In this document: piece after piece, positions 17,194 to 27,440 of the stretch
How positions within the stretch are numbered: position 1 is the stretch's first letter
How the letters are laid out: every line of letters begins with the position of its first letter
Source: Candidatus Omnitrophota bacterium
GTDB taxonomy: Bacteria; Omnitrophota; Gorgyraeia; Zapsychrales; JANLHA01
Assembly: GCA_963662715.1 (NCBI GenBank)
Contig: OY759724.1
Coordinates: forward strand, 3,044,982 to 3,108,981
Reading direction: 5' to 3'
DNA: 64,000 nucleotides
Program-made: the position numbers and the translations under genes
Notes under the pieces: model-generated
What the model was told of the DNA's origin: nothing
What the model saw: the letters and a program-made list of their open reading frames with translations, nothing else
Database searches by the model: none

Positions 17194-18470
17194 ATGAATA
17201 TGACTCGGAACTGATCCGTTCTATTCTGATTCAGGAAGGCTATTCCTTTGTCGAATCCGCGGAAGACGCGGAGATCATTCTCTTAAATACCTGTTCTGTC
17301 CGGGAAAACGCCCACCGCAAAGTCATCGGGCACATCCACGCCCTGCAGCATTCTTTAAAAGAACGCCCTTTCTTGTTGGGCATATTGGGCTGCATGGCCG
17401 TTAACCTGAAGGACGATTTGCTGAACGACCCTTCATTAAACATCAACTTCGTTATCGGGCCGGACGGGTACCGCCGCCTGCCGGATATCATTTCCCGGAC
17501 ATCTTCCCGGCATAATAAAGCGGAAGACACATGCCTCTCGGGACTGGAAACCTATACGGGCATTTCTCCCAGCAGAATCAGCCAGGTGAATGCCTGGGTG
17601 GCTGTCATGCGCGGATGCAACAATTTCTGCACATTCTGCATTGTTCCTTACACCAGAGGGAGGGAAAGAAGCCGGCCCAAACAGGACATCCTCCAAGAAA
17701 TCCAGAATCTCGTTGCCCGGGGCTATAAACAGGTGACTTTGCTGGGACAGAATGTCAACTCGTATCAAGACTCCCGGACAGACTTTGCCGACCTGTTGGA
17801 AGCTGTCAGCGAAGTGCCGGGGCTTGAACGGATCCGGTTTATGTCGCCCCATCCCAAAGACTTTCTGGACCGGGTCATAGATGTTGTCGCACACAACCCA
17901 AAAGTATGTGAACATCTCCACTTGCCGCTTCAGGCAGGGAACTCCCGGGTGCTTCAGCTCATGAACCGGACATACGACCAGGAACAATTCTTGAAGTTAG
18001 TGGATAAGATCCGCAACGCCTGCCCTGATGTGGCTTTAACCACAGATGTTATCGTTGGATTTCCAACGGAAACCGCAGAAGAATTCGAAGATACGGTAAA
18101 AGTGATGCGGCAGGTGGAATTTGATGCGGCTTTCATTTTCAAATACTCTCCCCGCAAGGGGACCATAGCTCAAAAAAAGTATCCGGACGATGTGCCGGAG
18201 GAAGAAAAAACCCGGAGGATTGTTCATCTGAACGAACTGCAAAAAGACATATCATTACGCAAAAATCAACAGTTGGTCGGTACGGTACAGGATGTCCTTA
18301 TTGAAGATCTTCATTCCCAGCGTTCGCAAAACGATATCCAGGGCCGGACCCGGGGAAACAAACTGGTGATTGTTTCTGATTCCCGGTCGCTGATGGGAGA
18401 GACTTTGCGGGTAAAGATATCTGATGCCAGCCCGCATGTTTTGAAAGGTCAGCTTGAGGCCAGCCAATAA
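17115..18470 (+). CDS. miaB: tRNA-i6A37 methylthiotransferase MiaB
   Basis: 451 aa; N-terminal MTTase motif ..TYGCQMNEYDSE.., radical SAM CxxxCxxC (CNNFCTFC), C-terminal TRAM domain. Start uncertain: GTG 17115 (has GGAG SD), GTG 17157 or ATG 17169. Confidence 0.9.
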   Translation: MPNAGNKRTYDNSGVRVYMRTYGCQMNEYDSELIRSILIQEGYSFVESAEDAEIILLNTCSVRENAHRKVIGHIHALQHSLKERPFLLGILGCMAVNLKDDLLNDPSLNINFVIGPDGYRRLPDIISRTSSRHNKAEDTCLSGLETYTGISPSRISQVNAWVAVMRGCNNFCTFCIVPYTRGRERSRPKQDILQEIQNLVARGYKQVTLLGQNVNSYQDSRTDFADLLEAVSEVPGLERIRFMSPHPKDFLDRVIDVVAHNPKVCEHLHLPLQAGNSRVLQLMNRTYDQEQFLKLVDKIRNACPDVALTTDVIVGFPTETAEEFEDTVKVMRQVEFDAAFIFKYSPRKGTIAQKKYPDDVPEEEKTRRIVHLNELQKDISLRKNQQLVGTVQDVLIEDLHSQRSQNDIQGRTRGNKLVIVSDSRSLMGETLRVKISDASPHVLKGQLEASQ

Positions 18471-18517
18471 CCTGATATTTAGCACAGGATGTATTATTGC
18501 AGAAGGGGAAAAGGGAC

Positions 18518-19219
18518 CTACGTGTTTTGTCTTCTGAAGATCGTTCCAATAAGGCCAAAGCCAAATAATAATATGCTTGCTGGCTCAGGGACAACCGGAG
18601 ACTCGTATTCTAATTGCAAATACGGACTATAACCTTCGAGTCCGTCTTTTGTAATACCTCCTATTGTTGCGTTTGCGGTCATAGATTCTGCGATCGCTAA
18701 CATTAAACTTAATTGATCGTCTGAATCCAGAAGTTGGTCATTCGCTTCAGCAGGAATTCCGCCGGCAAATAAATCCCAATGCAGCCAGGAAGCCGTGCGG
18801 GGATACGTTTGGGTATCTAAAACTCCTGAATCCGGGCCGGGGGCATTCTGCCATGTTATGGTTGATTCCTGCCACGAGTCATCTGACACAAAAAAAACTG
18901 AAGATTGTATGTCTTGACCACCGCCGGCAGAATAGGTTTGTATGTATGCGTAAAAATCCGCGCCTATTAAATTAGCTCCATTGGGAATACTGCTTAAATC
19001 AAATTTAAAATACGCATACTCCAAAATGTGTGTCGTTGTCGTCGATTGATCCATAATTTCAAACCCGCCTGTACCTCCATGATTATCAGTCGGAAAAAAA
19101 CTGCTTGTGTACGAATCTTCTACAGCAACTAAATTGACAATCGTTGAAGCTGACACTGTAGAAGCCGGCACGCCCCAAAAGCTTAGAAAGAACAAAAATC
19201 CAGTAATTAATTTTTTCAT
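18518..19219 (-). CDS. Secreted PEP-CTERM-anchored protein
   Basis: Signal peptide MKKLITGFLFFLSFWGVPASTVSA; C-terminal VPEPAS + hydrophobic helix + RRQ (PEP-CTERM sorting signal). Confidence 0.75.
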   Translation of the reverse strand: MKKLITGFLFFLSFWGVPASTVSASTIVNLVAVEDSYTSSFFPTDNHGGTGGFEIMDQSTTTTHILEYAYFKFDLSSIPNGANLIGADFYAYIQTYSAGGGQDIQSSVFFVSDDSWQESTITWQNAPGPDSGVLDTQTYPRTASWLHWDLFAGGIPAEANDQLLDSDDQLSLMLAIAESMTANATIGGITKDGLEGYSPYLQLEYESPVVPEPASILLFGFGLIGTIFRRQNT

Positions 19220-19628
19220 GTCTTTTCCTTAAATGTTGAATATTGATTTCATTATTTAATTTAGTTCGAGTTTAATAATTATATATATTAATTTTTAAAG
19301 CGTCAACGTGACAGTACTGGTCAAACATGGACAACCCAAACAAATCAGAAAATGAATAACTTAAACACAAATATATGATTTCAGTAATTGAAAACGTCCT
19401 TTACTCCTTAAATACGAGAATATTTCGAAGTAACAGGGGCAGACATCTTGAATCAGGACTCAAACCAGATTTAAAAATAATAAAAAAATTAACTGACATC
19501 ATTGGCTAAATAAGAATTTGCTGTGCACTTCATATCCGGGCTTGATTTTCAACTCATTTTGAGCTATATTGCTCATTTAAACAGGACGTTGATATTTAAA
19601 AATCAGCCTTTGATACAAAAAGTTTTTT

Positions 19629-20660
19629 ATGACAGTCCCCAAACAATTAACTCCGGAAGAGCTTTATCATATTCTTAAAAATGTGAAGCTGGGCGCTTTT
19701 GTCTGCCAATACTCCCTCAAAAAATGCGAAGAGCTTACGCCTTTGATCAATGAAATCAACGCATTAAAAGTGCAGATGGACGCCGTCATTCTTGCGCACA
19801 CCTACGTTGTTCCCGAAATACTCTACGGGGTGGCCGACTTTGTGGGGGATTCCTATGCTTTGAGTAAAGATGCCATGCAGACGAAAGCTAAAAGAATCAT
19901 CTTTGCCGCTGTGAAATTCATGGGAGAAACAGCCCAAATTCTTAATCCCGACAAAGAGGTCCTTCTTCCTGCGAAGGACGGAGGGTGCACCCTGGCCGAC
20001 GCGATCAATGCCGAGCAGGTCCGTCAACTGCGCAAGGAGTTTCCCGGATACACTTTTGTCTGCTATATCAATACGACCGCGGATGTCAAAGCTGAATGCG
20101 ATGTCTGTGTGACCTCGGCCAATGTCTGTGATATTGTCCAAAGGATTCCCCAGGAGAAAATTTATTTTCTGCCAGATAAATATATGGGGCAGAATCTTAT
20201 CTATGAAATGGAACGAAGAGGGGTTAAGAAAGATATCCGTTTTTTTACCGGGACGTGCGATGTCCATAAAGAATATTCCTTAGAGCAGGTCGACAAAGTC
20301 CGCCTTGAGTATCCGGAGGCAAAAATTGTCAGCCACCCGGAATGCAAACCCGAAGTCTGCGAGGCCTCTGATTATGTCGGCAGCACATCCCAGATGCTGC
20401 AGTATATGCGTAAAACCGAATCAACGCAATTCTTAATGCTCACCGAATGCGGTTTATCCTCCAGGCTGGAAGTCGAATTTCCGCAGAAACAGTTTGTGGG
20501 ATCCTGCACCTTGTGCGATTTCATGAAATCCAATGATTTACACGATATCAAACGTGTCCTTACTGCGCCAACAGATAAGGACCGTATCTTTGTCCCTCCC
20601 GACATCCGGGAAAAAGCGAAAAGATGCATAGAAGCGATGTTTCTCTACGCGCAAAAATAA
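19629..20660 (+). CDS. nadA: Quinolinate synthase NadA
   Basis: 343 aa; conserved Cys ligands and NadA-like blocks (ILAHTY.., ..FMGET.., ..HPEC..). Confidence 0.9.
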   Translation: MTVPKQLTPEELYHILKNVKLGAFVCQYSLKKCEELTPLINEINALKVQMDAVILAHTYVVPEILYGVADFVGDSYALSKDAMQTKAKRIIFAAVKFMGETAQILNPDKEVLLPAKDGGCTLADAINAEQVRQLRKEFPGYTFVCYINTTADVKAECDVCVTSANVCDIVQRIPQEKIYFLPDKYMGQNLIYEMERRGVKKDIRFFTGTCDVHKEYSLEQVDKVRLEYPEAKIVSHPECKPEVCEASDYVGSTSQMLQYMRKTESTQFLMLTECGLSSRLEVEFPQKQFVGSCTLCDFMKSNDLHDIKRVLTAPTDKDRIFVPPDIREKAKRCIEAMFLYAQK

Positions 20661-20774
20661 TTCTTCCTTCCGCGTCTGATCACTGTCCCAGCCTGAAAAC
20701 CATTGAATAAATTGACATCAGTTCCCGCCTATGTTAAGATTTTCGATACTTGATAATATTAAAAAAATAAAGTC

Positions 20775-21914
20775 ATGAAAACAAACCAGTTAGGAATCGT
20801 CGAGACAAAATTCTATAAGCTCGGGGCCTGTCCGCATGAGTTGCAACTGAAAAGCGGGGCAACGCTGGGCCCGGTCACCTTGGCCTATGAAACATACGGG
20901 ACATTGAACGAAGAGAAAACAAACGCGATCCTCATCTGCCACGCGCTCACCGGGGATGCTCATGCCGCGGGTTTTCACGCAGATGATAAGAAACCCGGGT
21001 GGTGGGACAAGATGATCGGTCCGGGGAAATCCTTTGATACGAATAAATACTTCGTGGTGTGCTCCAACGTTATCGGCTCTTGCAAGGGCAGTACCGGCCC
21101 CAGTTCTATCAACCCGCAAACCGGCAACCCCTACGGGCTGAGCTTTCCGGTCATCACCATCGAAGATATGGTGCACGCCCAGAAATACCTTGTAGAAAAT
21201 CTGGGGATAAAGAAACTATTAGCCGTCGCCGGCGGTTCGATGGGGGGGATGCAATGTTTGACCTGGGCGGTCCTTTACCCGGAGATGGTTCATTCCGTTA
21301 TTCCCATTGCGACAAACTACCGGCATTCAGCCCAGCAGATTGCTTTTCACGAGGTAGGGCGGCAGGCGATCATGTCTGACCCGGACTGGCAGGACGGGGA
21401 TTATTACGGAAAGACGATTCCCTCCCGAGGACTGGCCCTTTCGCGTATGGTCGGGCATATCACGTATATGAGCGAAAAGTCCATGGAGGAAAAGTTCGGG
21501 CGTAAATTATTCAGCAGGGAACGCGTCGGTTATGATTTCTCGGTCGATTTCGAGGTCGGCAACTATTTGAGGTACCGGGGAGACAGTTTTGTCCAGCGGT
21601 TTGACGCGAATTCCTACCTGTATATCACCAAAGCCCTGGATTATTTTGACTTGACCGAGGAAAAAAGTCTTGTTGAGATATTTAAAGATATTCAATCGAA
21701 ATTCCTGGTGATCTCTTTCACGTCTGACTGGCTTTACCCTCCGCACCAGTCGGAAGAAATTGTACGGGCCCTAAAGATCAACGACGTCGACGTGTCCTAT
21801 ATCGCCATCAATTCCTCTTACGGACACGACGCTTTTCTGGTGGAGAATACCGGACAGGCCCATATGATCGTGCATTTTCTGGCCCGGATGCTTAACGAAG
21901 TGAGTAACCCTTAA
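20775..21914 (+). CDS. metX: Homoserine O-acetyltransferase MetX
   Basis: 379 aa alpha/beta hydrolase with nucleophile elbow GGSMGGMQ, followed by metW. Confidence 0.9.
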   Translation: MKTNQLGIVETKFYKLGACPHELQLKSGATLGPVTLAYETYGTLNEEKTNAILICHALTGDAHAAGFHADDKKPGWWDKMIGPGKSFDTNKYFVVCSNVIGSCKGSTGPSSINPQTGNPYGLSFPVITIEDMVHAQKYLVENLGIKKLLAVAGGSMGGMQCLTWAVLYPEMVHSVIPIATNYRHSAQQIAFHEVGRQAIMSDPDWQDGDYYGKTIPSRGLALSRMVGHITYMSEKSMEEKFGRKLFSRERVGYDFSVDFEVGNYLRYRGDSFVQRFDANSYLYITKALDYFDLTEEKSLVEIFKDIQSKFLVISFTSDWLYPPHQSEEIVRALKINDVDVSYIAINSSYGHDAFLVENTGQAHMIVHFLARMLNEVSNP

Positions 21915-21929
21915 AAAAAGAGCGCTCCT

Positions 21930-22529
21930 ATGACACCACCGCAATCTGAAATAAGACTGGATTACAAAGTCATCCTGCAGCTCGTTGAACCGCAGGCCCG
22001 CGTCCTCGACCTGGGATGCGGGGACGGGGAACTGCTTTACCATCTGATTCACCAGAAACAATGCTCCGGAACAGGCATTGAGATAGATGAAAAAGCCATT
22101 TATCAATGTATTGAAAAAGGCCTTACGGTTTCTCACAGCGATATCAAGACAGGGCTGAAGGATTTTTCGGACAAACGCTTCGATTATGTTATCCTGAACG
22201 AAAGTCTACAGCAGGTGCTGGACCTGCAGACCACGATTCTCGCGGCCTTGCGTGTGGGGAAAAACGTTATTGTGGGTATCCCTAATTTCTGTCATATTTC
22301 TGCCAGGATACAGATCTTTTTCCGGGGGAAAGTGCCGGTCACGCCCGAACTTCCGTATGAATGGTATAATACGCCTAACCTGCGTTTTTTCAGTTTAAAG
22401 GACTTCCGGATTTTCTGTAAGAAGAATAATATCCAAATTGTGAAAGAACGGGGGATAGGACGGGAAAAAGAAGTCAATTTTCTGCCCAACCTGTTCGCCC
22501 ATATCGGAATTTTTCTGCTAAAACAATAA
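21930..22529 (+). CDS. metW: Methionine biosynthesis protein MetW
   Basis: 199 aa; methyltransferase-like LDLGCGDGELL; immediately downstream of metX, as in metXW operons. Confidence 0.85.
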   Translation: MTPPQSEIRLDYKVILQLVEPQARVLDLGCGDGELLYHLIHQKQCSGTGIEIDEKAIYQCIEKGLTVSHSDIKTGLKDFSDKRFDYVILNESLQQVLDLQTTILAALRVGKNVIVGIPNFCHISARIQIFFRGKVPVTPELPYEWYNTPNLRFFSLKDFRIFCKKNNIQIVKERGIGREKEVNFLPNLFAHIGIFLLKQ

Positions 22530-22552
22530 CATCGCCCCAAGAGAGGAATATC

Positions 22553-22732
22553 ATGCCCTACATCAATCTAAAACTCGTCGGGACTTTAACAAAAGAGCAA
22601 AAGGAAAAAATCGCCAAAGAGTTTTCCGAAACCCTCGAGAAAGTCGCGAACAAACCCAAAGAGCACACCTATCTTGTTATTGATGAAGTCCCCGGGCAGA
22701 ATTGGGCCAAAGGAGACAAATTTTTCGTCTGA
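22553..22732 (+). CDS. 4-oxalocrotonate tautomerase family protein (59 aa)
   Basis: Not in the track; MPYINLKLVG.. N-terminal Pro1 signature; AGAGAGG SD upstream. Confidence 0.6.
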   Translation: MPYINLKLVGTLTKEQKEKIAKEFSETLEKVANKPKEHTYLVIDEVPGQNWAKGDKFFV

Positions 22733-22744
22733 GGGAGAACGAGC

Positions 22745-23941
22745 ATGGACAAAGATTATGACTATATCATCATCGGGGCGGGTATCATGGGCCTGGCCAT
22801 GGCGTATGCTTTAAAAAAGGCGCAGCCCGGCTGCCGTATTCTGGTGATAGAAAAAGATCATGACGTTGCCGCTCACGCCTCCGGCCGCAACAGCGGGGTG
22901 CTGCATGCCGGATTTTATTATTCGGCGGACAGCTTTAAAGCCCGCTTTACCGTTGAAGGCAACCTGGCGATGAAGGAATTTTGCCGTATCCATAACGTCC
23001 CGGTGAATGCCTGCGGAAAACTTGTTGTCGCGCAGAACGAGACTGAGCTGGCGGCCCTTGCGGAACTGTTGAAAAGGGGACAAAAAAACGGGTCCAATGT
23101 TTCCCTGATCGATGCCAAAGAGGCGGAGGAGATCGAACCAAACGTCTCGACATATCAGCGGGCCCTGTTTTCGCCGGACACGGCCAGCATAGACCCGGCG
23201 GAAGTCTGCCGCAAACTCAAAGACGTGCTGCTCTCCCAGGATGTGGAATTTTCGTTTGAGACGCGTTATTTAAAACATGCCGGATCCGTCATTGAAACCA
23301 CCCGGGGGCATTTTTCCGCCGGAAAAATCATCAATGCCGCCGGACTCTATGCCGACAAAATCGCTCAGGACTTCGGATTTGGCTTCCGCTACACCATGAT
23401 TCCGTTTAAAGGGTTATACCTGAAATACACGAAAAACAAAACAGACGTGAAAATTAATATTTATCCTGTTCCTAATCTAAAAAATCCTTTTTTAGGCGTC
23501 CATTATACAAAAGCCGTTGACGAGACGATCAAAATCGGGCCGACAGCCATTCCGGCGTTCTGGAGAGAAAATTACAGTCTTAAAGAAAACTTCCGGGCAG
23601 CAGAATTCCTGGAAATTCTTAAATATGAAACTTTGCTGTTTTTATCGAACAGCTTTAATTTCCGCGACCTGGCCTTCGAAGAGATGAAAAAATATTACCG
23701 GAAATACTTCATCAGCCTGGCCACGCGGATGGTTAAAAGCATTGACCCGGATGGATTCACCCAATATACCGCCCCCGGCATCCGGGCCCAGCTGCTTGAT
23801 AAAAAGACCTTGACCCTTGTCCAGGATTTTGTCGTTGAAGCGGACAAATCAACGGTTCATATCCTGAATGCCGTTTCTCCGGCCTTCACCTGTGCTTTTC
23901 CCTTTGCCGATTATATCGTCCGGCAATATATCCGGAAATAA
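22745..23941 (+). CDS. FAD-dependent oxidoreductase, L-2-hydroxyglutarate oxidase (LhgO)-like
   Basis: 398 aa; DYIIIGAGIMGLA dinucleotide-binding motif; LhgO/DAO family length. Confidence 0.7.
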   Translation: MDKDYDYIIIGAGIMGLAMAYALKKAQPGCRILVIEKDHDVAAHASGRNSGVLHAGFYYSADSFKARFTVEGNLAMKEFCRIHNVPVNACGKLVVAQNETELAALAELLKRGQKNGSNVSLIDAKEAEEIEPNVSTYQRALFSPDTASIDPAEVCRKLKDVLLSQDVEFSFETRYLKHAGSVIETTRGHFSAGKIINAAGLYADKIAQDFGFGFRYTMIPFKGLYLKYTKNKTDVKINIYPVPNLKNPFLGVHYTKAVDETIKIGPTAIPAFWRENYSLKENFRAAEFLEILKYETLLFLSNSFNFRDLAFEEMKKYYRKYFISLATRMVKSIDPDGFTQYTAPGIRAQLLDKKTLTLVQDFVVEADKSTVHILNAVSPAFTCAFPFADYIVRQYIRK

Positions 23942-23973
23942 TTCTTTAAATAAGTCATTTAATGAAGTATTTC

Positions 23974-24001
23974 TTGACAATTTATGATGAATGCTTATGA
24001 T
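23974..24001 (+). promoter_or_regulatory. Sigma70-like promoter upstream of nfu (TTGACA-16-TATGAT)
   Basis: TTGACA 23974-23979, 16-nt spacer, TATGAT 23996-24001. Confidence 0.35.
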
Positions 24002-24127
24002 ATTATAAGCAGTTAGGGGATTCGTTTATAAGGAGCTGGTGTTTTTCTTGAAAATTGCGTCTTTGAGAAATAGGTATAATTTAAACCCAATTTTATGGAT
24101 TATCCAGCAGAACAGAAAGGAGAATAC

Positions 24128-24682
24128 ATGTCTTATACCATCCATATTCAGCCGACACCCAACCCCAATGCCCTGAAATTTATTCTTAACGAACCGGTGA
24201 TTAACCAGGGGAATATAACATTCAAAAATTCCGAAGAAGCCAAAAATACGCCTTTAGCGGAAAGGCTTTTTGCCCTGCCCAACGTGGCCGAAGTCTTTTT
24301 CAATGAAAACTACATTACCGTCACCCAAAACGGCCAGGCCGACTGGGATGAACTGGAAAAGAATATTCAGACGGTCATTCTCGAAAATATGCCGGCACAT
24401 AATCCGGATATTCAAATTTCCTCATCCGGGACGGCATCCGCGGACACATCCGCCGATCCCCAACGCCAGAAAATTGAAGAGCTGTTAAACCAGAACATCC
24501 GGCCTTATCTGCAAATGGACGGCGGGGATGTTCAGGTCGTGGACTTCAAAGACAATGTCCTGAGCATTGCCTATCAAGGGGCCTGCGGGGGCTGCCCGGG
24601 GGCAACGATGGGGACATTACGGGCCATCGAAAATGTTCTGAAAGATAAGTATGATCCGGATATTGTCGTTCAAATGGCTTAA
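24128..24682 (+). CDS. Nfu-type Fe-S cluster carrier (Nfu_N + NifU C-terminal domain)
   Basis: MSYTIHIQPTPNPNALKF (Nfu_N) and C-terminal ..GACGGCPGATMGTL.. CxxC motif; AAGGAG SD. Confidence 0.8.
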   Translation: MSYTIHIQPTPNPNALKFILNEPVINQGNITFKNSEEAKNTPLAERLFALPNVAEVFFNENYITVTQNGQADWDELEKNIQTVILENMPAHNPDIQISSSGTASADTSADPQRQKIEELLNQNIRPYLQMDGGDVQVVDFKDNVLSIAYQGACGGCPGATMGTLRAIENVLKDKYDPDIVVQMA

Positions 24683-24716
24683 TATGACAACCGCATAGAG
24701 GATGGGCTGATTTTTC

Positions 24717-25154
24717 ATGTTTAAAATGAATAAAAAAATGGAGTACGCTCTTATTTCCCTGAAATATATGAGCCAAAAATCGCCGGGACAGCTGACTTCG
24801 GCCAAAGAAATCAGCTCCAGTTTTAATATCCCGTTTGATCCGACCGCAAGAGTGCTGCAGATCATGACCCAGCATGAATTACTGAGGGCCGTGCAAGGAG
24901 TACACGGAGGATACCAGATCCTCAAAGACCTTTCAAAAATTTCTCTGGGGGACCTGAATAATATCATCATAGGGCCGATCAGGATCACGACCTGCTCCTG
25001 CGGGGAAAACAAATGCAAAATAAACGGACACTGCGACATGGTTAAGTCGATGAATAAACTGAACCTGCGGCTGCAGGAACTCTTTGACACCATAAAATTG
25101 CAGGATTTCTTTGAACTCGAAAAACCGAAAAAGCATCAGCTGGCGAAAAAATAA
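24717..25154 (+). CDS. Rrf2-family transcriptional regulator (IscR/SufR-like) preceding the suf operon
   Basis: ..MEYALISLKYM.. wHTH N-terminus and C-terminal 3-Cys cluster (CSCGENKCKINGHC); start may be the internal ATG 24726/24738. Confidence 0.8.
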   Translation: MFKMNKKMEYALISLKYMSQKSPGQLTSAKEISSSFNIPFDPTARVLQIMTQHELLRAVQGVHGGYQILKDLSKISLGDLNNIIIGPIRITTCSCGENKCKINGHCDMVKSMNKLNLRLQELFDTIKLQDFFELEKPKKHQLAKK

Positions 25155-25175
25155 TCTTTTAAAGGCGGCCAAGAG

Positions 25176-26657
25176 ATGTGCAAAGATCCGCAGCCCAAGG
25201 ATAAAAATTTGAACGAAAAAACACTGGGAGAGAATGCTCTGTCCGGCCGTGAATATAAATACGGATTCTACACAGACGTTGATGCGGACACGGCCCCAAA
25301 AGGTTTAAATGAGGATATTATCCGTCTCATATCGGAAAAGAAGGCAGAGCCGGCATGGATGCTGCAGTGGCGGTTAAAGGCTTTTGCCCATTGGAAAACC
25401 ATGACCGAACCCCATTGGGCGAATTTCGAATACGCGCCTATTGATTATCAGGAAAGCCATTACTACAGCGCACCGAAAAAAAAGCCGCGGGGGCCGGGGA
25501 CTCTGGAAGAAGTGGATCCGGAGGTCATTCAGACATTCGACCGCCTGGGGATCCCTGTTTCGGAACAGAAACGCCTGACGGGAGTTGCGGTCGACGCTGT
25601 TTTTGACAGTATTTCCGTGGGGACCACCCATCAGAATGATTTAAGTCAGCTAGGCATCATTTTCTGTCCGATCAGCGAGGCGATAAAAACATATCCCGAT
25701 CTGGTGCGGAAATATCTTGGATCGGTCGTCCCGTATACCGACAATTTTTTCGCGGCCTTGAATTCCGCGGTTTTCACGGACGGATCATTCTGTTTTATCC
25801 CCAAGGGCGTGCGCTGCCCGATCGAACTGTCGACATATTTCCGCATCAACGCCGCGCAAACAGGACAATTTGAACGCACGTTAATTGTGGCCGAAGATGA
25901 CGCTTACGTGAGTTACCTGGAAGGCTGTACCGCTCCCATGAGGGACGAAAATCAGCTGCACGCCGCTGTCGTGGAATTAGTGGCTATGAACCGTTCTGAA
26001 ATCAAATATTCTACGGTGCAGAACTGGTATGCCGGAGACGGGGAAGGGAAGGGCGGGATATACAACTTTGTGACCAAAAGAGGAAAATGCCTGGGAAGAA
26101 ATTCCAAGATTTCCTGGACTCAGGTCGAAGCCGGATCGGCGATTACCTGGAAGTATCCCAGTGTTATTCTGCAGGGAGACCATTCTGCCGGAGAATTTTA
26201 TTCTGTGGCCCTGACCAATCACCGTATGCAGGCTGATACAGGGACGAAGATGATCCATATCGGGAAAAACACAAAAAGCACGATCGTTTCCAAAGGCATT
26301 TCCACCGATGAATCGAACAATAGTTACCGGGGGCTTGTTAAAATCATGCCTTCTGCCGACCATGCCCGAAATTTCTCGCAATGTGATTCCATGCTGGTCG
26401 GTAACAGATGCAGCGCTAATACATTTCCCTACATTGAAGTTCATAATCCTTCGGCCACCATGGAACATGAAGCGTCAACCTCTAAAATCAATGCCGAACA
26501 AATTTTTTACCTGCAGTCACGGGGACTGGATACGGAAGGCGCCATCTCTCTGATCATAAACGGATTCTGCAAGGACGTTTTCCAGGAACTGCCCCTGGAA
26601 TTCGCGGTAGAGGCCGTAAAACTGCTGGAAATGAAACTCGAAGGCAGCGTGGGTTAA
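25176..26657 (+). CDS. sufB: Fe-S cluster assembly protein SufB
   Basis: 493 aa, SufB/SufD beta-helix family with SufB N-terminal extension; operon context with sufC and sufD. Confidence 0.95.
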   Translation: MCKDPQPKDKNLNEKTLGENALSGREYKYGFYTDVDADTAPKGLNEDIIRLISEKKAEPAWMLQWRLKAFAHWKTMTEPHWANFEYAPIDYQESHYYSAPKKKPRGPGTLEEVDPEVIQTFDRLGIPVSEQKRLTGVAVDAVFDSISVGTTHQNDLSQLGIIFCPISEAIKTYPDLVRKYLGSVVPYTDNFFAALNSAVFTDGSFCFIPKGVRCPIELSTYFRINAAQTGQFERTLIVAEDDAYVSYLEGCTAPMRDENQLHAAVVELVAMNRSEIKYSTVQNWYAGDGEGKGGIYNFVTKRGKCLGRNSKISWTQVEAGSAITWKYPSVILQGDHSAGEFYSVALTNHRMQADTGTKMIHIGKNTKSTIVSKGISTDESNNSYRGLVKIMPSADHARNFSQCDSMLVGNRCSANTFPYIEVHNPSATMEHEASTSKINAEQIFYLQSRGLDTEGAISLIINGFCKDVFQELPLEFAVEAVKLLEMKLEGSVG

Positions 26658-26683
26658 AAATATCAACATTGAGGGAAACCATT

Positions 26684-27433
26684 ATGCTGGAAATAAAAAA
26701 TCTTACCATTGAAGTCGAAGGGACGGAGATATTAAAAGGCATCAACTTAACCATGCAGGAAGGGAAAGTGCATGCGATCATGGGGCCGAACGGATCGGGG
26801 AAAAGCACTCTGGCCAAAATCATTGCCGGGCATCCCGACTATTCAGCCACCAAAGGGGAGATCCTTTTTAAGATTAATAACAAAATGGTGAACCTTCTCG
26901 AGTTGGCGCCTGAAGAACGTGCCAAAGAAGGCGTGTTTTTGGCTTTCCAGTACCCGGTTGAAATCCCCGGCGTATCGAATACGGTTTTTCTGCGGGCGGC
27001 GTTTAACGAGATATGCAAACACCAGGGTGTTGAAGAAATGGACCCCATGGACTTTGACGCGTATTTACGGGAAAAAATGCAACGGCTTCACATGGATGAA
27101 AAGTATATCCACCGGCCCGTTAATGTGGACTTTTCCGGAGGAGAGAAAAAACGGAATGAAATCCTACAAATGGCGATCCTGAATCCCCGTCTGGCCATTC
27201 TGGACGAAACAGACTCCGGGCTGGATGTTGATTCGATGCGTATCGTGGCTGATGGGGTGAACCGGTTAAAATCGTCACACAACGCTTTTCTTGTGATCAC
27301 TCATTATCAAAGATTATTAAATTATATTGTCCCGGATGTGGTGCATATCCTGCAGAACGGGCAAATCGTACGAACAGCCGGGAAGGAGCTGGCGCTGGAA
27401 GTCGAAGACAAAGGCTACGACTGGCTGACATAA
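26684..27433 (+). CDS. sufC: Fe-S cluster assembly ATPase SufC
   Basis: Walker A GPNGSGKST, signature FSGGEKKR, Walker B ILDETDSGLD. The track start 26669 is a TTG; the ATG at 26684 has a GAGGGA SD. Confidence 0.95.
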   Translation: MLEIKNLTIEVEGTEILKGINLTMQEGKVHAIMGPNGSGKSTLAKIIAGHPDYSATKGEILFKINNKMVNLLELAPEERAKEGVFLAFQYPVEIPGVSNTVFLRAAFNEICKHQGVEEMDPMDFDAYLREKMQRLHMDEKYIHRPVNVDFSGGEKKRNEILQMAILNPRLAILDETDSGLDVDSMRIVADGVNRLKSSHNAFLVITHYQRLLNYIVPDVVHILQNGQIVRTAGKELALEVEDKGYDWLT

Positions 27434-27440
27434 TAAAAAA

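Noticed and set aside
17436-17987. Long antisense ORFs inside well-supported genes in the GC-richer half (e.g. 17436..17987, 20790..21176, 24617..25093, 25977..26468, 40619..41155, 48152..48649, 51279..51854, 53699..54169, 54075..54536)
   Set aside because: Each lies entirely within, and opposite to, a gene with strong family-level motifs. High GC suppresses stop codons on the antisense strand, and none has a recognisable motif or SD. They are treated as shadow ORFs.
19220-19628. NAD+ (nadA-motif) riboswitch in the 409-bp AT-rich leader of nadA
   Set aside because: I cannot reproduce the motif consensus from memory reliably enough to match it, and no obvious tandem bulged stems were seen. 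It would need a covariance-model scan (e.g. Rfam nadA motif).
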